A stretch of 64,000 bases of DNA, from assembly GCA_034226945.1 (NCBI GenBank), contig CP120453.1, forward strand, positions 558,001 through 622,000, in the 5' to 3' direction. Position numbers and translations under genes: made by a program. Below, piece after piece: positions 42,746-54,292 of this stretch; the first letter of the stretch is position 1, and each line of letters opens with the position of its first letter. This DNA is from Picochlorum sp. SENEW3. Taxonomy: Eukaryota. A model generated the notes under the pieces. That model ran no database searches, was not told where the DNA came from, and saw nothing but the letters and a program-made list of their open reading frames with translations.

Positions 42746-43795
42746 TTACTCTTGAGTCATACAATCATATGGCGGTTGTACCCAGACGTACTCATCAACA
42801 TATCCGGCCACGTCGCAGCTTGCGGCGCAGCTGTATATTACTATCGCACCCCAATCTGGGTTATTATTATCTGATGGATCGACATCTAAATTGTTCAAGA
42901 GCTGCGGCATGATTTGAAATTCGAATCGCCGTGGTCCCTGGCAGTGGGGGCAGGGTGGAATGGATGATGGATCTGGAATCCCTGCCGGGCTAGGACACAG
43001 CGGTTTCACCCCCTCCTCGAAACAATATCGAAGTATTTGGGAAGGAGATAACGATGTTCGAGCGGCGAACGATGCAAAATGTTTCTGTTCCTCTGGCATT
43101 GTTTCTTCAATCTGATTGATCAAATCTGATGGGAGCTCCTCCTCTGTATATTTTTCTGACACGTTCGATTCCTCCGCTTTGATCCGCAATGATTCCATAG
43201 GAATATCTTGTATGGGCTCATCTTCGATGACAATCTCGAATTCTGGGAATAAGGCTATGGAACATGGAGCCTCCTGCTGTCCTGGTGCCATGACTGCCTG
43301 CTCATGTTGTGCAGCATTCCAGGGATCTCGGATAGTATTCGCTGTATCTATGGGTCTAGGACCTTGTCTATTTGCATCATCCCCTTCTTCAGGTGGCTCA
43401 AAATCGTAATATTCATTTCGACGCGGAAGCTGACACCGCATTGCTCTGACTCCATCAGAGGACTGTGAGACTTTTTTTCCATCCACACTGATAAACACAA
43501 ACACCGTTCTATGAAACGCCCTGGGATTCTCGTCCACTGGAGCGTATACTTGGAGTAAGAATTTCATACCTGCTAGTGATTCTGTCGATGGAAGATGGAT
43601 AGGGTTGAGCCATGCTGGCCGCCCACCTACTTTGCTTGGAAACCTGTGTCGTAAGAGGTCTGTATTCCGAATGGGAGGTTCTACGAACCCCAATAACCAT
43701 GGGATATCCTCTTCTTCTTCGTCATCAGAGAGTTGATTGTGCTTAAGGCATGCCTGCTTCTCGTTTTCCAAGGACATGTCTGTATCGCCATGCAT
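42746..43795 (-). CDS. PDCD2: PDCD2/TSR4-family protein
   Basis: FPSKVGGRPAWL, FLLQVYAP, FHRTVFVF, PSQILRY, CPHCQGPRRFEFQIMPQLL and DWGAIVIYSCAASC. Confidence 0.9.
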   Translation of the reverse strand: MHGDTDMSLENEKQACLKHNQLSDDEEEEDIPWLLGFVEPPIRNTDLLRHRFPSKVGGRPAWLNPIHLPSTESLAGMKFLLQVYAPVDENPRAFHRTVFVFISVDGKKVSQSSDGVRAMRCQLPRRNEYYDFEPPEEGDDANRQGPRPIDTANTIRDPWNAAQHEQAVMAPGQQEAPCSIALFPEFEIVIEDEPIQDIPMESLRIKAEESNVSEKYTEEELPSDLINQIEETMPEEQKHFASFAARTSLSPSQILRYCFEEGVKPLCPSPAGIPDPSSIPPCPHCQGPRRFEFQIMPQLLNNLDVDPSDNNNPDWGAIVIYSCAASCDVAGYVDEYVWVQPPYDCMTQE

Positions 43796-44038
43796 GTCGA
43801 TTCGTCGTTTCTTGTAGATCTCAGTGCGCCATTCTAGGTCTGGTTGGAATTTGTGCTACTTAATATTCGTATGTACAAAATTAAGATTACAAATGGGATG
43901 ATGGAAGAACAATGCCACAAAAGGTAGATGTGGAAACTGTCTGATGGAAGCAACCAACAATGGAGGGATGATTATAGTTGTTTGTTTGACGATGTGATCA
44001 GCAACAATAGTTTCTGTATCTCACCTCACCTCACAGGT

Positions 44039-45549
44039 CTATGTGGCTGTTGCAGGTGTTGTGGGAGGAGGTGGGGTCTCAAGCAAATCACTTGTGGTGA
44101 AGTACATTGGATGGAGTTGGTCCAATCTATTCCACTTGTCAACATTCTCTTTGGCTTGCTTCTCTCCCTCTGCTTTTTCCTTCATGGTCGCAGCCAGAGC
44201 TTGTTTCTCATTTGCTTCTGAAATTTTTTGATTGCCTCTGTCTTCAAACATGGCAGCTTGTCTCTCAGCTTGTCTGGCAGCAGATTCTGCCTTTGCTGCC
44301 TCTGCCATGGCTGCTTCTTTCTGTTTCTGAATTGAAACTGCAATTCTTGCAGCCTCGATGGCTTGTCTCTGGATTTCCAAGGCTCTGTCAGTGGCCTCTG
44401 TGGCAGACTTTCTGAGCTCAGCGGCATTGCCAAATTTCTGCTCTGCCATCTTTGCTGGCATCTGGGCCTCGTGGGCTGCAACAACGGATCGTTCCTTTGC
44501 ATCCTCAAGAGCCATTTGAATCATATAGTGCTTGTTCTTTAAATCGGCGATATTGGTACGACGAGTGGTGAGAAGCCTCTCCCAGATCCTTGCATTCTCC
44601 TTTCTCTCCTCAAGTTCCTTCTTGGACCACTGGATCTCTTCCTTCAATTGAATGATTCGCCTTTGCAGCATACCAAGTTCTTTCTCGCATTCAAGGATGT
44701 AGTCTGCAAGGTCCCCAGGTTTATTGTCTTCTGCTTTCACTTCCAAATCAGACAGTTCAGCCAGGGCAGAGGAGATCTGGTTGTTGAGGACATCAATCTC
44801 TTCTTGCTTCTTCTGTGCCACTTCTTTCATCTGCTCGCTTTCTGAAAGAAGAGACTTTGCTCGATTTTCGAGAATTTGAGCGTGGAATTCGTAGTCTTCT
44901 GCTTGAGATGTCAGATCTTTGGCAAGGAAATCAGCCTCATCGGCATTCTCAAGCTTTGGGAATGCTTCCATGGCAGCCTGTCTTCTCTCCTTTTCAATTT
45001 TTTCAGCTGCTTCAAACTTTGCCTGCTCCTCAGCTTCCGCTTGAAGGACTGCTTCCATTGCTTTTCGAACTTTTTCTCTCTCTTCTTCCGCTTCCTCGAA
45101 CAGTGCTTTTGATTGAGCCTCGAGATCTTCTGCCTCCTTTGTCAAGGACACAAGCTCTGCATGATGCATTTCAATTTCCTTTTGTTTTGCAGCTGCCAAA
45201 AGTGCATGCTCCTCAGCTTTCTTCGCCTCGTCGGTCATAGCTTTGACCTTTTCATCGTGATCTGCAGGGCTCTCGAATTTTCTTGGAGCTTCCCCTTGTG
45301 CAACAGGTGTCACAAATTGTGTACCAAGTTCTCCCTCGTCTGAGACATCGAGGGCGATAGGCTTGCTCTTGGGCGTATCTGCAGAGTACAGTTATTTCCA
45401 GATAACATCACGAAGATCGACAGGGCAGTCCTTCAAATTGTATCATCACGAGATTTCCTCCAAGGGATTTCTTGGAGGGCTGAGGGATACTTACCTGAGA
45501 CTGTCTTCTTGAGCTCAGACTGCTGCTGTTGGTGCGAAAGCGTCTCCAT
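44039..45549 (-). CDS. Long coiled-coil Ala/Glu/Lys-rich protein, function unknown (exons 45549-45495, 45378-44039)
   Basis: Intron 45379-45494 (GTAAGT..CTGCAG) supplies an in-frame ATG exon METLSHQQQQSELKKTVS. Confidence 0.75.
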
Positions 45550-45894
45550 GGTGGGTATTAAACCAATTTCAAGAGATAGCGTGTATCAGAGAATGAAACC
45601 TTTTGTTACTGACGTCCAACGTGGTATGGGTATGAGAAGCCAAATGTCAGGACCTGGCTGTCTGTGCAATGCAACAAAGGTTCCAGACAATAATTTGACC
45701 TGTAGTATAATGTAGCGGTGATTACAACTTTCTCGATATTCTCTTCTATAGTCTATCGTAAAGTTTGAGTGCGAATATCAGGCATCCTCTTCTAGGCTGA
45801 GACAATGTTTCTAGGACACAATCTTGGACGGTCCAATATCTGTGCTTTTCAAATAGACTGCCACATGCATACTAGATCACATCAAATTGGCAGT

Positions 45895-48867
45895 CTACGA
45901 CTTGCCCAGTCCGAATCGCTTTGCTCTGTCTTTGAGAGACATTTTAGGCCGTGCAGGCGACTTGGATGGTGGCTTCTCACGAGGTCGTTGCTCTGGCATT
46001 GTCAGATCCACCATGACAGTGTCCACGTGCTTCTGACCGCTTGCCTCTGGTTCCTTTTCGGCGGGAGAATGGTGAACATCATCGACAAGGTTGATTTCTT
46101 CCACAATAACCTCAGATGTATCTGGAGCTTTCTTCCTCTTGTGGCCAGCCTTTGGTGACACAGGACGAGATGCCTTTTGTGGAAGAGGAGCAGGTGCTGG
46201 CTTTTTCTTTTGCAAAGGAGGAGTAGGTGCTGGCTGCTTCTTCTGTGGAGATGCTCCTTCAGGTTCGCGAGCTATATCTATCAAGTCATGCTTTTTCTTC
46301 AAAACTCTAGACACCTTCTCAGGAGATTGAGTGAATGGAGAGAACGCACCGGGTATCATCCCCCGAGCAGTATCATTGTCCTCAACCCAGTCCTCCAAAA
46401 AGTCTTCTTTGCCTATCAAAGGTAGGGTGTCGCCATCCGACAAATCTTTTAGCCCTTTCAACCATCTGAGCGACATCACCTCTATATTAGATACCCTGCT
46501 GAAATGATTGGTCACGATTGTTGGGTGTCCTGCAACAACGTAATCCACCTTGGGTGTGTAATTCTGTGACACCATCCCTCCCAATTGCTTCACCAGCTTT
46601 TCACAGGATTCCTTGAAATATCGTCGTGTTGATTTCGCATCCACGGACTCTTCATACGGTCCATATATCGGCTGTTTCGAATGATTTATAAAGTATACCA
46701 TTTTAGATTCGAGGACATGTTTGCGTGGCAATTTATCTGGCACATCACATGGCAAAAATCTCTCAGCAACTGTCCTTGTCCGTATTCCACGAACCTCAAC
46801 ATGTCCATCCGCCGTTGCATCCACCTTTGACTTCATGTCTTCCATCCAGCGTGTAATATCTTTCGTCGATGTAGCCAATCGAGGCTTCTGCTGTTCTCCA
46901 AGAACAGCACCCAAGAGAGCTGGATCCCTCATCACTGCACATGACGAATTCCATCTCCCAGGAGGCATCAGTGTACCAGATATCGACACGACCCGAGACT
47001 CAATCAAATTGGTGACCCTAAAGAAAGGCTTTTCTGTGTATTCTATGCGAGGCTTCAAGTTAGAATACAAAATTTCAGAATCATAGGAAACCAAGGAATT
47101 CCTGACCCTTGCAAAAGGTACCACATGCAAACAATCCTCTTTTGAATTGTCCTTCTCGCTATCAACCACCCCAATATCCCAATACTCTACTCCACCATCG
47201 CCAATCATGGTCCCGCCGATAATAATGCCGTTGACGATCGATGCACCCATGTATGTCCTCACCACCACCGTGGACAACCTCTCCTTACTATTCCATTCAG
47301 CTTCCAACGCCCTCAAACGCACCCCTTGAGACCCAAAGCATTCCACCGTATCCCGGAACATTTTGATAGACTCTATAGTTGACGCAGTCACGCAGAGTGG
47401 AATTCCCGTCACCATGACACGCTGTGGAATGAGAGGCAATACTTTAACCCTCAATGGAAATCCCTCCTGACGATCACGCACAGAGTACTTGAATCTCGTC
47501 TCTAAACTTTCCAAACGCAGCTCTAATGCTTTTTCATAAACATTTTCATCATCTAAATAGAGTACATCAGATACAAGTATCATGATTTCCAAGTCCTACA
47601 CAATCATTATATCATCAGAGTACTGTATAGTATAGCAGTATTGAGACTTGTGTACAATAAGCAGCACACACACACACAGAAAAAATACACAGAAAAAATA
47701 CACCAAGCAAACACATACCACATATTGAGGCAATGCATATGTAGAGTACTCGGCGCACTCAACCTTCTTGAGCCCATCTTCTATCGCACCACTCTCATCC
47801 AGCACAGCATCCAACACAAAGCGTGGCTCAAAACATTCCTTGCAAGTATTCCACACAACCACCTGTGCCTCCACCACAAAATCTCCTTCATCCACCATAC
47901 CCTTTAGAGAAGATTCAAGCATTTTAAAATACCGATCAGGCACCGACTCGTTTGAAAACACAGTAACAGACCCTCCACACCGATGCACTTGAATCTGATA
48001 CCCATCAAACACACCCTCCACCACCACACTCATAGGATTCAAATTCTCTCGAAATCGCCTCTCCATCATCATATACGCATCATGAATATTCAAAACAGTC
48101 GCACTCGACTGCCTTCGCAATCGCTTCCCACACACAATGCGAGACATCTCCTCCCTCTCATCATGATGACACTCTTGCCCATGGAACGTCCTGCCCACCG
48201 CCTCCGCCAACGTCCACCCCCGCATAAAATAACACATGGAAGCATACTCACTCCACTCTTCCAACACATCCCGCACATCAATATACACCTTGGCATTCCC
48301 AAGCAGGATCCGTGTCAACCACTTGAGCTCATCTGCAGATAACTCATCCATACACCTCCGCAACAATGCCACTTGCCCATCCACACCCACCTTACAAAAT
48401 CGATCCAACATGGCATTTACATCCTCCACCTTCCAATCAGATGAAGGTTTCCGCTCAGGGCCAGAATCCCACACAAACAGCTTGCTCTTGAGCAGCTCTG
48501 ACAACTCCCGTGGCTCCCCCAGCGCCAACGCCAGTGGATCCTTCTCCCGCCAATGATACAATACATGAGTATATTCTTCATCTATTTTCCGATCTGATGC
48601 AGCCAAGAGTTCATAAATAAGACGATGCTCGCTCAATCGCTCCGTTCTACTTCGCTCGTCCAATCCCGGAAGAATCAAACGAAACACCTGAAACGCATCC
48701 TTTGTATCATCTCGAACGCATGTATCGATAAATTTAGATATTGTACGCGTTCTCATATACGGGTTCCGTCGATATCTCTCCAGTACATTGAGAAACCCGC
48801 ACACTGTACCGAATGACAGTTCCGAATTCTTCTCTACATAAATTGGGTCCTTTTCATCTCCATTCAT
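45895..48867 (-). CDS. DNA ligase IV-like protein lacking the catalytic lysine (exons 48867-47719, 47595-45895; ~949 aa)
   Basis: Ligase DNA-binding domain (FRLILPGLDER, EDVNAMLDRF, ELKWLTRILL), degenerate adenylation domain (VVEGVFDGYQIQVHR), OB-like region and a BRCT-like domain (MVYFIN..CEKLVKQLGG..DYVVAG..VMSLRWL). Intron 47596-47718 (GTATGT..TGTAG), phase 0. Confidence 0.78.
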
Positions 48868-48917
48868 ATCTCCATTCGTCTTAATATTTTTTAAGTATGA
48901 GATGCGTTGCCCTTGGT

Positions 48918-49727
48918 CTACGTGGAGGTAAACAACTGTGACAATTCCTTATCTAAAGAAAACCCTCCCCCCAAATCTACAAGGTGTACAGTCAACAGTC
49001 TCTGTCGAAAATACTCATCAACAATATGCGTGATTTCATCATGCATCTTTGCATCATCAGTATTATCTCCGTGACAGTCGACTCTATCATCATCATCATC
49101 ATCATCCTCTTGCTGCTGATCATGGTGGGTTTTTTCCTTCTTCTTCTTCTTCTTCTCAGTACTGGCCAGCACAGCCATCATGGCTGTGTTGTTGTCTTCC
49201 ATGGACAGAGGCCTCCATATGTCCTGTCCTGGAGTCTCTGGAAGAACATGATCATCATTATCATTATTCAAAGTATTACCAGGAGAGCTATGATGCTTTC
49301 GGGAAGACTCCTCATGCCGACACTGTTCTCCATGGTGGTGAAGGCGATGCAGCACCTTGTGCAGCGCTTCCACCTCACGCACAGCCTCCTCCACAACCGA
49401 CCTCAACCCATGCCGAATCCTTGTATAAACATCATCCCTACACTCTGATGTACACACATCTTCGCACAGCCGCACTGGCTCATCCAGACACTCTGATACA
49501 ATCCGCTGACACAGGGCATCTCGCCCCTCCCTCCTCCTCCCCATACCTCTCTCCCCTTCCAACTCAAACAATACCCATGCTCCCCATATAGACTCGCGTA
49601 TACATCCATATCTATCATTCTCATTTAAAACCTCTGCTACGAGCAGGCATTCTTCCAACAGCGTTTTTCGAAAGATTCGAATTCTACTGCTGTTTGGCCC
49701 TTTTGCTTCTTGTGAGGATGCTTCCAT
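48918..49727 (-). CDS. Hypothetical protein (269 aa, low-complexity K/D tracts)
   Basis: ATG-initiated ORF with the G/T-rich coding-strand bias of neighbouring genes; no family recognised. Confidence 0.55.
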   Translation of the reverse strand: MEASSQEAKGPNSSRIRIFRKTLLEECLLVAEVLNENDRYGCIRESIWGAWVLFELEGERGMGRRREGRDALCQRIVSECLDEPVRLCEDVCTSECRDDVYTRIRHGLRSVVEEAVREVEALHKVLHRLHHHGEQCRHEESSRKHHSSPGNTLNNDNDDHVLPETPGQDIWRPLSMEDNNTAMMAVLASTEKKKKKKEKTHHDQQQEDDDDDDDRVDCHGDNTDDAKMHDEITHIVDEYFRQRLLTVHLVDLGGGFSLDKELSQLFTST

Positions 49728-50081
49728 CCGTCGCTTGCCCTCTTCTTCTTGTTGGTTTTTTTTCTTCTATCTCTTCTTCTTCTTCTTCTTCATGTTCTCA
49801 TGAGATTTCCAACATACCTGTATTCATCCATCATCATCATAGTACTACTAGGGAGACCAGAGGGGGGTACCCATCTATCTAAGGATGTACATCCCATCCA
49901 GGTACCTCTCTGACCGATTGGATGGTTTCAATGCTCCAGGGACCCATGCGTGCCTCTTCTTCAATATCTACACAAATTCACCCAGAAGCAACGAGTTCTC
50001 CTATAATAACATATATATTAGATAAAAACACAGAGCAGAGTAGAAAAAAAACAAAAGAGAGATATCATTGATTTCTCGAAA

Positions 50082-51392
50082 ATGGCAGGTCAGGGGGGAA
50101 CCAGGACGTCTCAAACGGGGCCAATTGGATCCAAGGAAGATTATTCATGTCCTGTGACTCCAGAGCAATATATGGATGGTATGAATGGGTCACAGCAGGA
50201 GGATGCGTCTTCTTTGGGCCGTGGGCACGACAGCAGCCAGAGCAGCGGGAACGCGAGCTGTTCGTCTTGGGCATCTGTTGATCGGTGTGGTGAGGATGCT
50301 GAATGGGTAAAGAAGGATTTAAATCGGGTGTTTGGGGCTATGGGTCTGGATGAGGATACAGCGTCTCATGCTGCTACCACAGGGCATGCCTCCGAGGAAC
50401 ATGATGATTCGAAAGAGCCTATATTGCAGGATAATGATGAGAGATTTTGCTTACTGCCTGTCAAATATCACAAGGCGTACGAGTATTACAAAATGGCACA
50501 GGCCAGTTACTGGACTGTGGAGGAGGTGGATTTGTCACAAGATAAGCGGGATTGGGATCGTTTGAATGATGCGGAGAAGCACTTTATTAGTTATGTGTTG
50601 GCATTTTTTGCGGCATCGGATGGTATTGTGTTGGAGAATCTGGCGGTGAGGTTTATGCAAGAGATTCAGATTCCTGAAGCACGGGCCTTTTATGGGTTTC
50701 AGTCGGCGATAGAGAATGTGCACAGTGAAATGTATGGGTTGTTGTTGGAGCAGTATATTGATGATAAAAAGCAGCGGGATCATTTGTTTAGGGCTGTGGA
50801 GACGGTGCCTTGTGTGCGGAAGAAGGCTGCGTGGGCGATCAAATGGATTCAGTCATCAATGTGTTTTGCTGAACGGTTGGTGGCGTTTGCATGTGTGGAA
50901 GGGATTCACTTTTCGGGGTCTTTCTGTTCTATTTATTGGTTGAAGAAGAGATTGTTGATGCCAGGGTTGACGTTTTCGAATGAGCTCATCTCTAGAGATG
51001 AGGGCTTGCATACTGATTTCGCATGTCACTTGTATTCATTATTGGTTCACCCGCTTCCTGAAGAGCGAGTGAGGATGATTGTGGATGAAGCTGTTGCGTT
51101 GGAGAGAGAGTTTTGTTGTGAGGCGTTGAGTGTATCGTTGGTTGGTATTAATGCGCAGCTTATGGCAGAGTATATTGAGTTTGTGGCTGATAGGCTGTTG
51201 GTTGCGTTGGGGTGTGAGAAGATGTACCATACTCCGAATCCGTTTGATTGGATGGATATGATTTCGTTGCAAGGGAAGACAAATTTTTTCGAACGACGTG
51301 TGGGTGAGTATCAGAGAGCAGGCGTGATGCAAAGTGTGTCAGGCAAAACACAACAGTATGAGCATGTTTTTACATTGAATGAAGACTTTTAA
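50082..51392 (+). CDS. RNR2: Ribonucleoside-diphosphate reductase small subunit (class Ia R2)
   Basis: [32 protein letters not shown] (radical Tyr), [17 protein letters not shown] and C-terminal FTLNEDF. Confidence 0.95.
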   Translation: MAGQGGTRTSQTGPIGSKEDYSCPVTPEQYMDGMNGSQQEDASSLGRGHDSSQSSGNASCSSWASVDRCGEDAEWVKKDLNRVFGAMGLDEDTASHAATTGHASEEHDDSKEPILQDNDERFCLLPVKYHKAYEYYKMAQASYWTVEEVDLSQDKRDWDRLNDAEKHFISYVLAFFAASDGIVLENLAVRFMQEIQIPEARAFYGFQSAIENVHSEMYGLLLEQYIDDKKQRDHLFRAVETVPCVRKKAAWAIKWIQSSMCFAERLVAFACVEGIHFSGSFCSIYWLKKRLLMPGLTFSNELISRDEGLHTDFACHLYSLLVHPLPEERVRMIVDEAVALEREFCCEALSVSLVGINAQLMAEYIEFVADRLLVALGCEKMYHTPNPFDWMDMISLQGKTNFFERRVGEYQRAGVMQSVSGKTQQYEHVFTLNEDF

Positions 51393-51445
51393 CTGAATCA
51401 TAATAATACATGTAATGTGATTTGACATGAATGAAGTATTCGTAT

Positions 51446-54292
51446 TCATTGTTGGTGGTGGTGTTTGGAATCAGAGGATGGTGGAGGGGTTTTGATGTGT
51501 GTGGGAATGTAGGCCAAGTGACGCATGGTTGGCCTGCCGTGAGGGCAGTTCCATGGGGATACGAGTTTGGATAGATTATCTAAAATACGCCTCATGCTTG
51601 TCTTGGTGAGAGCTGTTCCAATCATGACGGAGCTCCTGCATGCTTTTGATGCCAAAAGGGCTCTGAATCGGGATGGATATACTGCATGTTCCTTTGTTGA
51701 ACTATCAGCATGTTCCAGATGCCATAAGGATCGCTCTCCATCCTCAATCATAGAGATCATTTCCATAACATCTGATGATCCAAATGTCATTCCCTTGCAC
51801 TGAGGGACAGTGATGAGACGAAGTGCTCCGTTTTCTGGGTTTTCCTCAAACTCAAAGCCACTGTTTGAGAATATCTTGAGGTTTTCTTTCACAATCTGTT
51901 CTTCTCTGGGAGACAGTTCAAGTTGGATTGGAGAGATAAGACCTTGTTTATGAAATTTAGCTGTTCTCTGTAGCGTTTCAAACGTGTGCTTTTCGTCAGA
52001 GGCATGTTGGTCGATGATGAACAAGTCTTGACCAAGTTTTCCAATGATAAATCCAAGGTTGAACTGTCCAATGATGTCCATCTGCTTGAAAAACTCTTTT
52101 TTGAAAATTCGTTCCAGTTCGTGTTCAGCTTTCGTTTCCTTGTCTGAGGATTCCCGAGGACGCATGTCATCCTCCATGTTGACCATTGTGGCATCCTGAA
52201 AGGCCATCCTATGCCGTGCATGAGACATATCCTTGCTCTGCTTTTGTTTTCTCGCGCGCTCGAGAAGTGCCTCTCGAATAGCAGTCATGTCACATTCTAT
52301 ACTATTTGATTTTGAGTCTGATGACGTGATGGGTTTTGTTTGTGTTTTGGCTTCTGTTGTTTGTGGTGGTGCAATGGTGTTGTTGTTATCCTCTTCATCA
52401 TCACTACTACTACTACTACTGGCAGCAGCCAGGTTGACGTCAATATGAGTATCTCGTTGTATCACGATCTGAGTCATGGGTACGTGATCCTTCATGTGAT
52501 CATCATGATGACCCACTGCTTCTGGTGTAACCGTTGCCTCCTTCATGATGCCCACTGATTTTTCCTTGTCAACATGCTCTGTAGGTTCATGTGACGTCGA
52601 GGGATCCATCGTCTCATCATCCTGAATATCATCATCTTCACTGATACTTTTACTGTTGTTCAGATCACCTTGAAGAATATCACGATCCATGGAAGCTGGA
52701 GAAGGCGAGGTGTTTCTCTCCCTTCTTGGTGAGCACGATGGTTGATCGTCACGTTGAACGTCAATCACATCCACCTGACGTACAGGAGGAGTCTGTATAG
52801 ATGATGGGAGCTTATCCATTGCAAAGTCTTCGAGCGATGCACGGCGTTTCTTGTGCTTCTGGGCATCTACATCATCATCAACCTGCTGGTGAGAAGGCTC
52901 ACTGTTGTTACCAACATCCTTTTGAGGAAATTGAGGCATTGTCATGGGCAATGTCTCAATCGCGCTGGTCTTCTTCTCCAAGACAATATTTTCATTCTTT
53001 GATATAGGCAATACTTTGTATTTTCTTTCTTCTATGTCGCCTTTACTGCCATCATCATCATCATCTTCTTCTTCTTCTTCTTCTTCTTCTTCTTCTTCTT
53101 CTTCTTCTTCTTCGTCCACCTCTTTGTCCGTGTTCCTGTGACACGCAAACATGTCGTCTATTCTTCGATCTCTATACTGCGCGTCAGTCTTTTCGACAAC
53201 TTTGGCAACTTTAAACGAACATTGCTGAGCATTCCATGCATGTATCAAGCACTCCTGAAAGATCTTGCAAATCTCTCCCTCCTTGTGAAAATACACCTTT
53301 CGTTTATCTGGAGTAACGTTAATATCTACCTTATCCGGGTCAACGTTGAAGTTCACCACACACATGGGCCTCATCGTGTGAGACGAGTATGTCTTGAACG
53401 TCTCATACAACACAGAGCCTGCCTTGGGAAACTGAATGGGTCTCTTGTTCACATAAAAAAATCGCGAATCAGTCTTTGCATGTTGACCTACACGACAACT
53501 TGATACCAGCCCCTCAATAGACAAACCATCCTTCTCGAAAGAAATCGGAACCAACGAATCTGCTATTCTTCTGCCAAACACATGCCCCACCACAAGCTTG
53601 ACTGCTTCCATACCATCCTTGCCACATGCGCTACCGAACGCCTGAGTATTCAATACAGTCGTTCTCGCAGTCCTATTTCCCACCTGATTCGTACACAGAA
53701 ACCGAACATGCGTGTATATCAGTGCATAACTTTGCAAGATGGATACCAACTTGGAGTAGTCCCTCTTCAAATTCTTCTTAAATTCTTTATGACGAACAGG
53801 GAGGCTGTGAAACAAGTCCTTTACTGCAATTGTAGTACCGACAGTCCTTGCAACCATATTCTCCCCCACCAGCTCCCCGTGAGAATCAAACTCCAACTGA
53901 ACCCCGCACTCTTCATCCTCCACCCGAGTCACAGCAGACACACGAGCAACTGCACACAACGAACTCAATGCCTCCCCTCGAAAACCAAAACTCGTCAATT
54001 CCTCTAGGTCCTCAAATGCATCAAGCTTACTCGTGTGATACTTCTTCATCAACACTGGCCTATCAACAGGCGCAACACCACACCCATTATCAGAAACTTC
54101 AATAGACTCACTCCCATACTCTTTCAACCTGATATCAATCGACGTCGCCCCGGCATCGATACTATTCTCAATTAATTCCTTGACAGCTGTAGAAAGATCC
54201 ACAATCACCTGTCCACTACAGATGCGATGAACTGACGAAGGATCGATCGCTGTAATCCTATTCCTTCGAGTATTCGCCTCTGCTGCTTCCAT
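51446..54292 (-). CDS. PMS1: MutL-family mismatch repair endonuclease (plant/yeast PMS1, equivalent to human PMS2)
   Basis: VKELIENSIDAGA, FGFRGEALSSL, DINVTPDKR, DQHASDEKHTFE, ACR and CPHGRP. First ATG at 54292. Confidence 0.95.
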   Translation of the reverse strand: MEAAEANTRRNRITAIDPSSVHRICSGQVIVDLSTAVKELIENSIDAGATSIDIRLKEYGSESIEVSDNGCGVAPVDRPVLMKKYHTSKLDAFEDLEELTSFGFRGEALSSLCAVARVSAVTRVEDEECGVQLEFDSHGELVGENMVARTVGTTIAVKDLFHSLPVRHKEFKKNLKRDYSKLVSILQSYALIYTHVRFLCTNQVGNRTARTTVLNTQAFGSACGKDGMEAVKLVVGHVFGRRIADSLVPISFEKDGLSIEGLVSSCRVGQHAKTDSRFFYVNKRPIQFPKAGSVLYETFKTYSSHTMRPMCVVNFNVDPDKVDINVTPDKRKVYFHKEGEICKIFQECLIHAWNAQQCSFKVAKVVEKTDAQYRDRRIDDMFACHRNTDKEVDEEEEEEEEEEEEEEEEDDDDDGSKGDIEERKYKVLPISKNENIVLEKKTSAIETLPMTMPQFPQKDVGNNSEPSHQQVDDDVDAQKHKKRRASLEDFAMDKLPSSIQTPPVRQVDVIDVQRDDQPSCSPRRERNTSPSPASMDRDILQGDLNNSKSISEDDDIQDDETMDPSTSHEPTEHVDKEKSVGIMKEATVTPEAVGHHDDHMKDHVPMTQIVIQRDTHIDVNLAAASSSSSSDDEEDNNNTIAPPQTTEAKTQTKPITSSDSKSNSIECDMTAIREALLERARKQKQSKDMSHARHRMAFQDATMVNMEDDMRPRESSDKETKAEHELERIFKKEFFKQMDIIGQFNLGFIIGKLGQDLFIIDQHASDEKHTFETLQRTAKFHKQGLISPIQLELSPREEQIVKENLKIFSNSGFEFEENPENGALRLITVPQCKGMTFGSSDVMEMISMIEDGERSLWHLEHADSSTKEHAVYPSRFRALLASKACRSSVMIGTALTKTSMRRILDNLSKLVSPWNCPHGRPTMRHLAYIPTHIKTPPPSSDSKHHHQQ
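53066..53113. repeat. (TCT)n microsatellite encoding poly-Glu in the PMS1 linker
   Basis: Direct reading; it adjoins a (TCA)n tract encoding poly-Asp. Confidence 0.9.

Noticed and set aside
47592..47720. Apparent split or pseudogenisation of the ligase-like gene (likewise subtilase 2, CWC25, LSM5)
   Set aside because: Each break is explained by a canonical GT-AG intron that restores the frame.
26077..51392. YqaJ nuclease, ligase and RNR as an endogenous giant-virus insertion
   Set aside because: They are dispersed among spliceosomal-intron housekeeping genes, with no capsid, packaging ATPase or viral polymerase genes and no compositional boundary.
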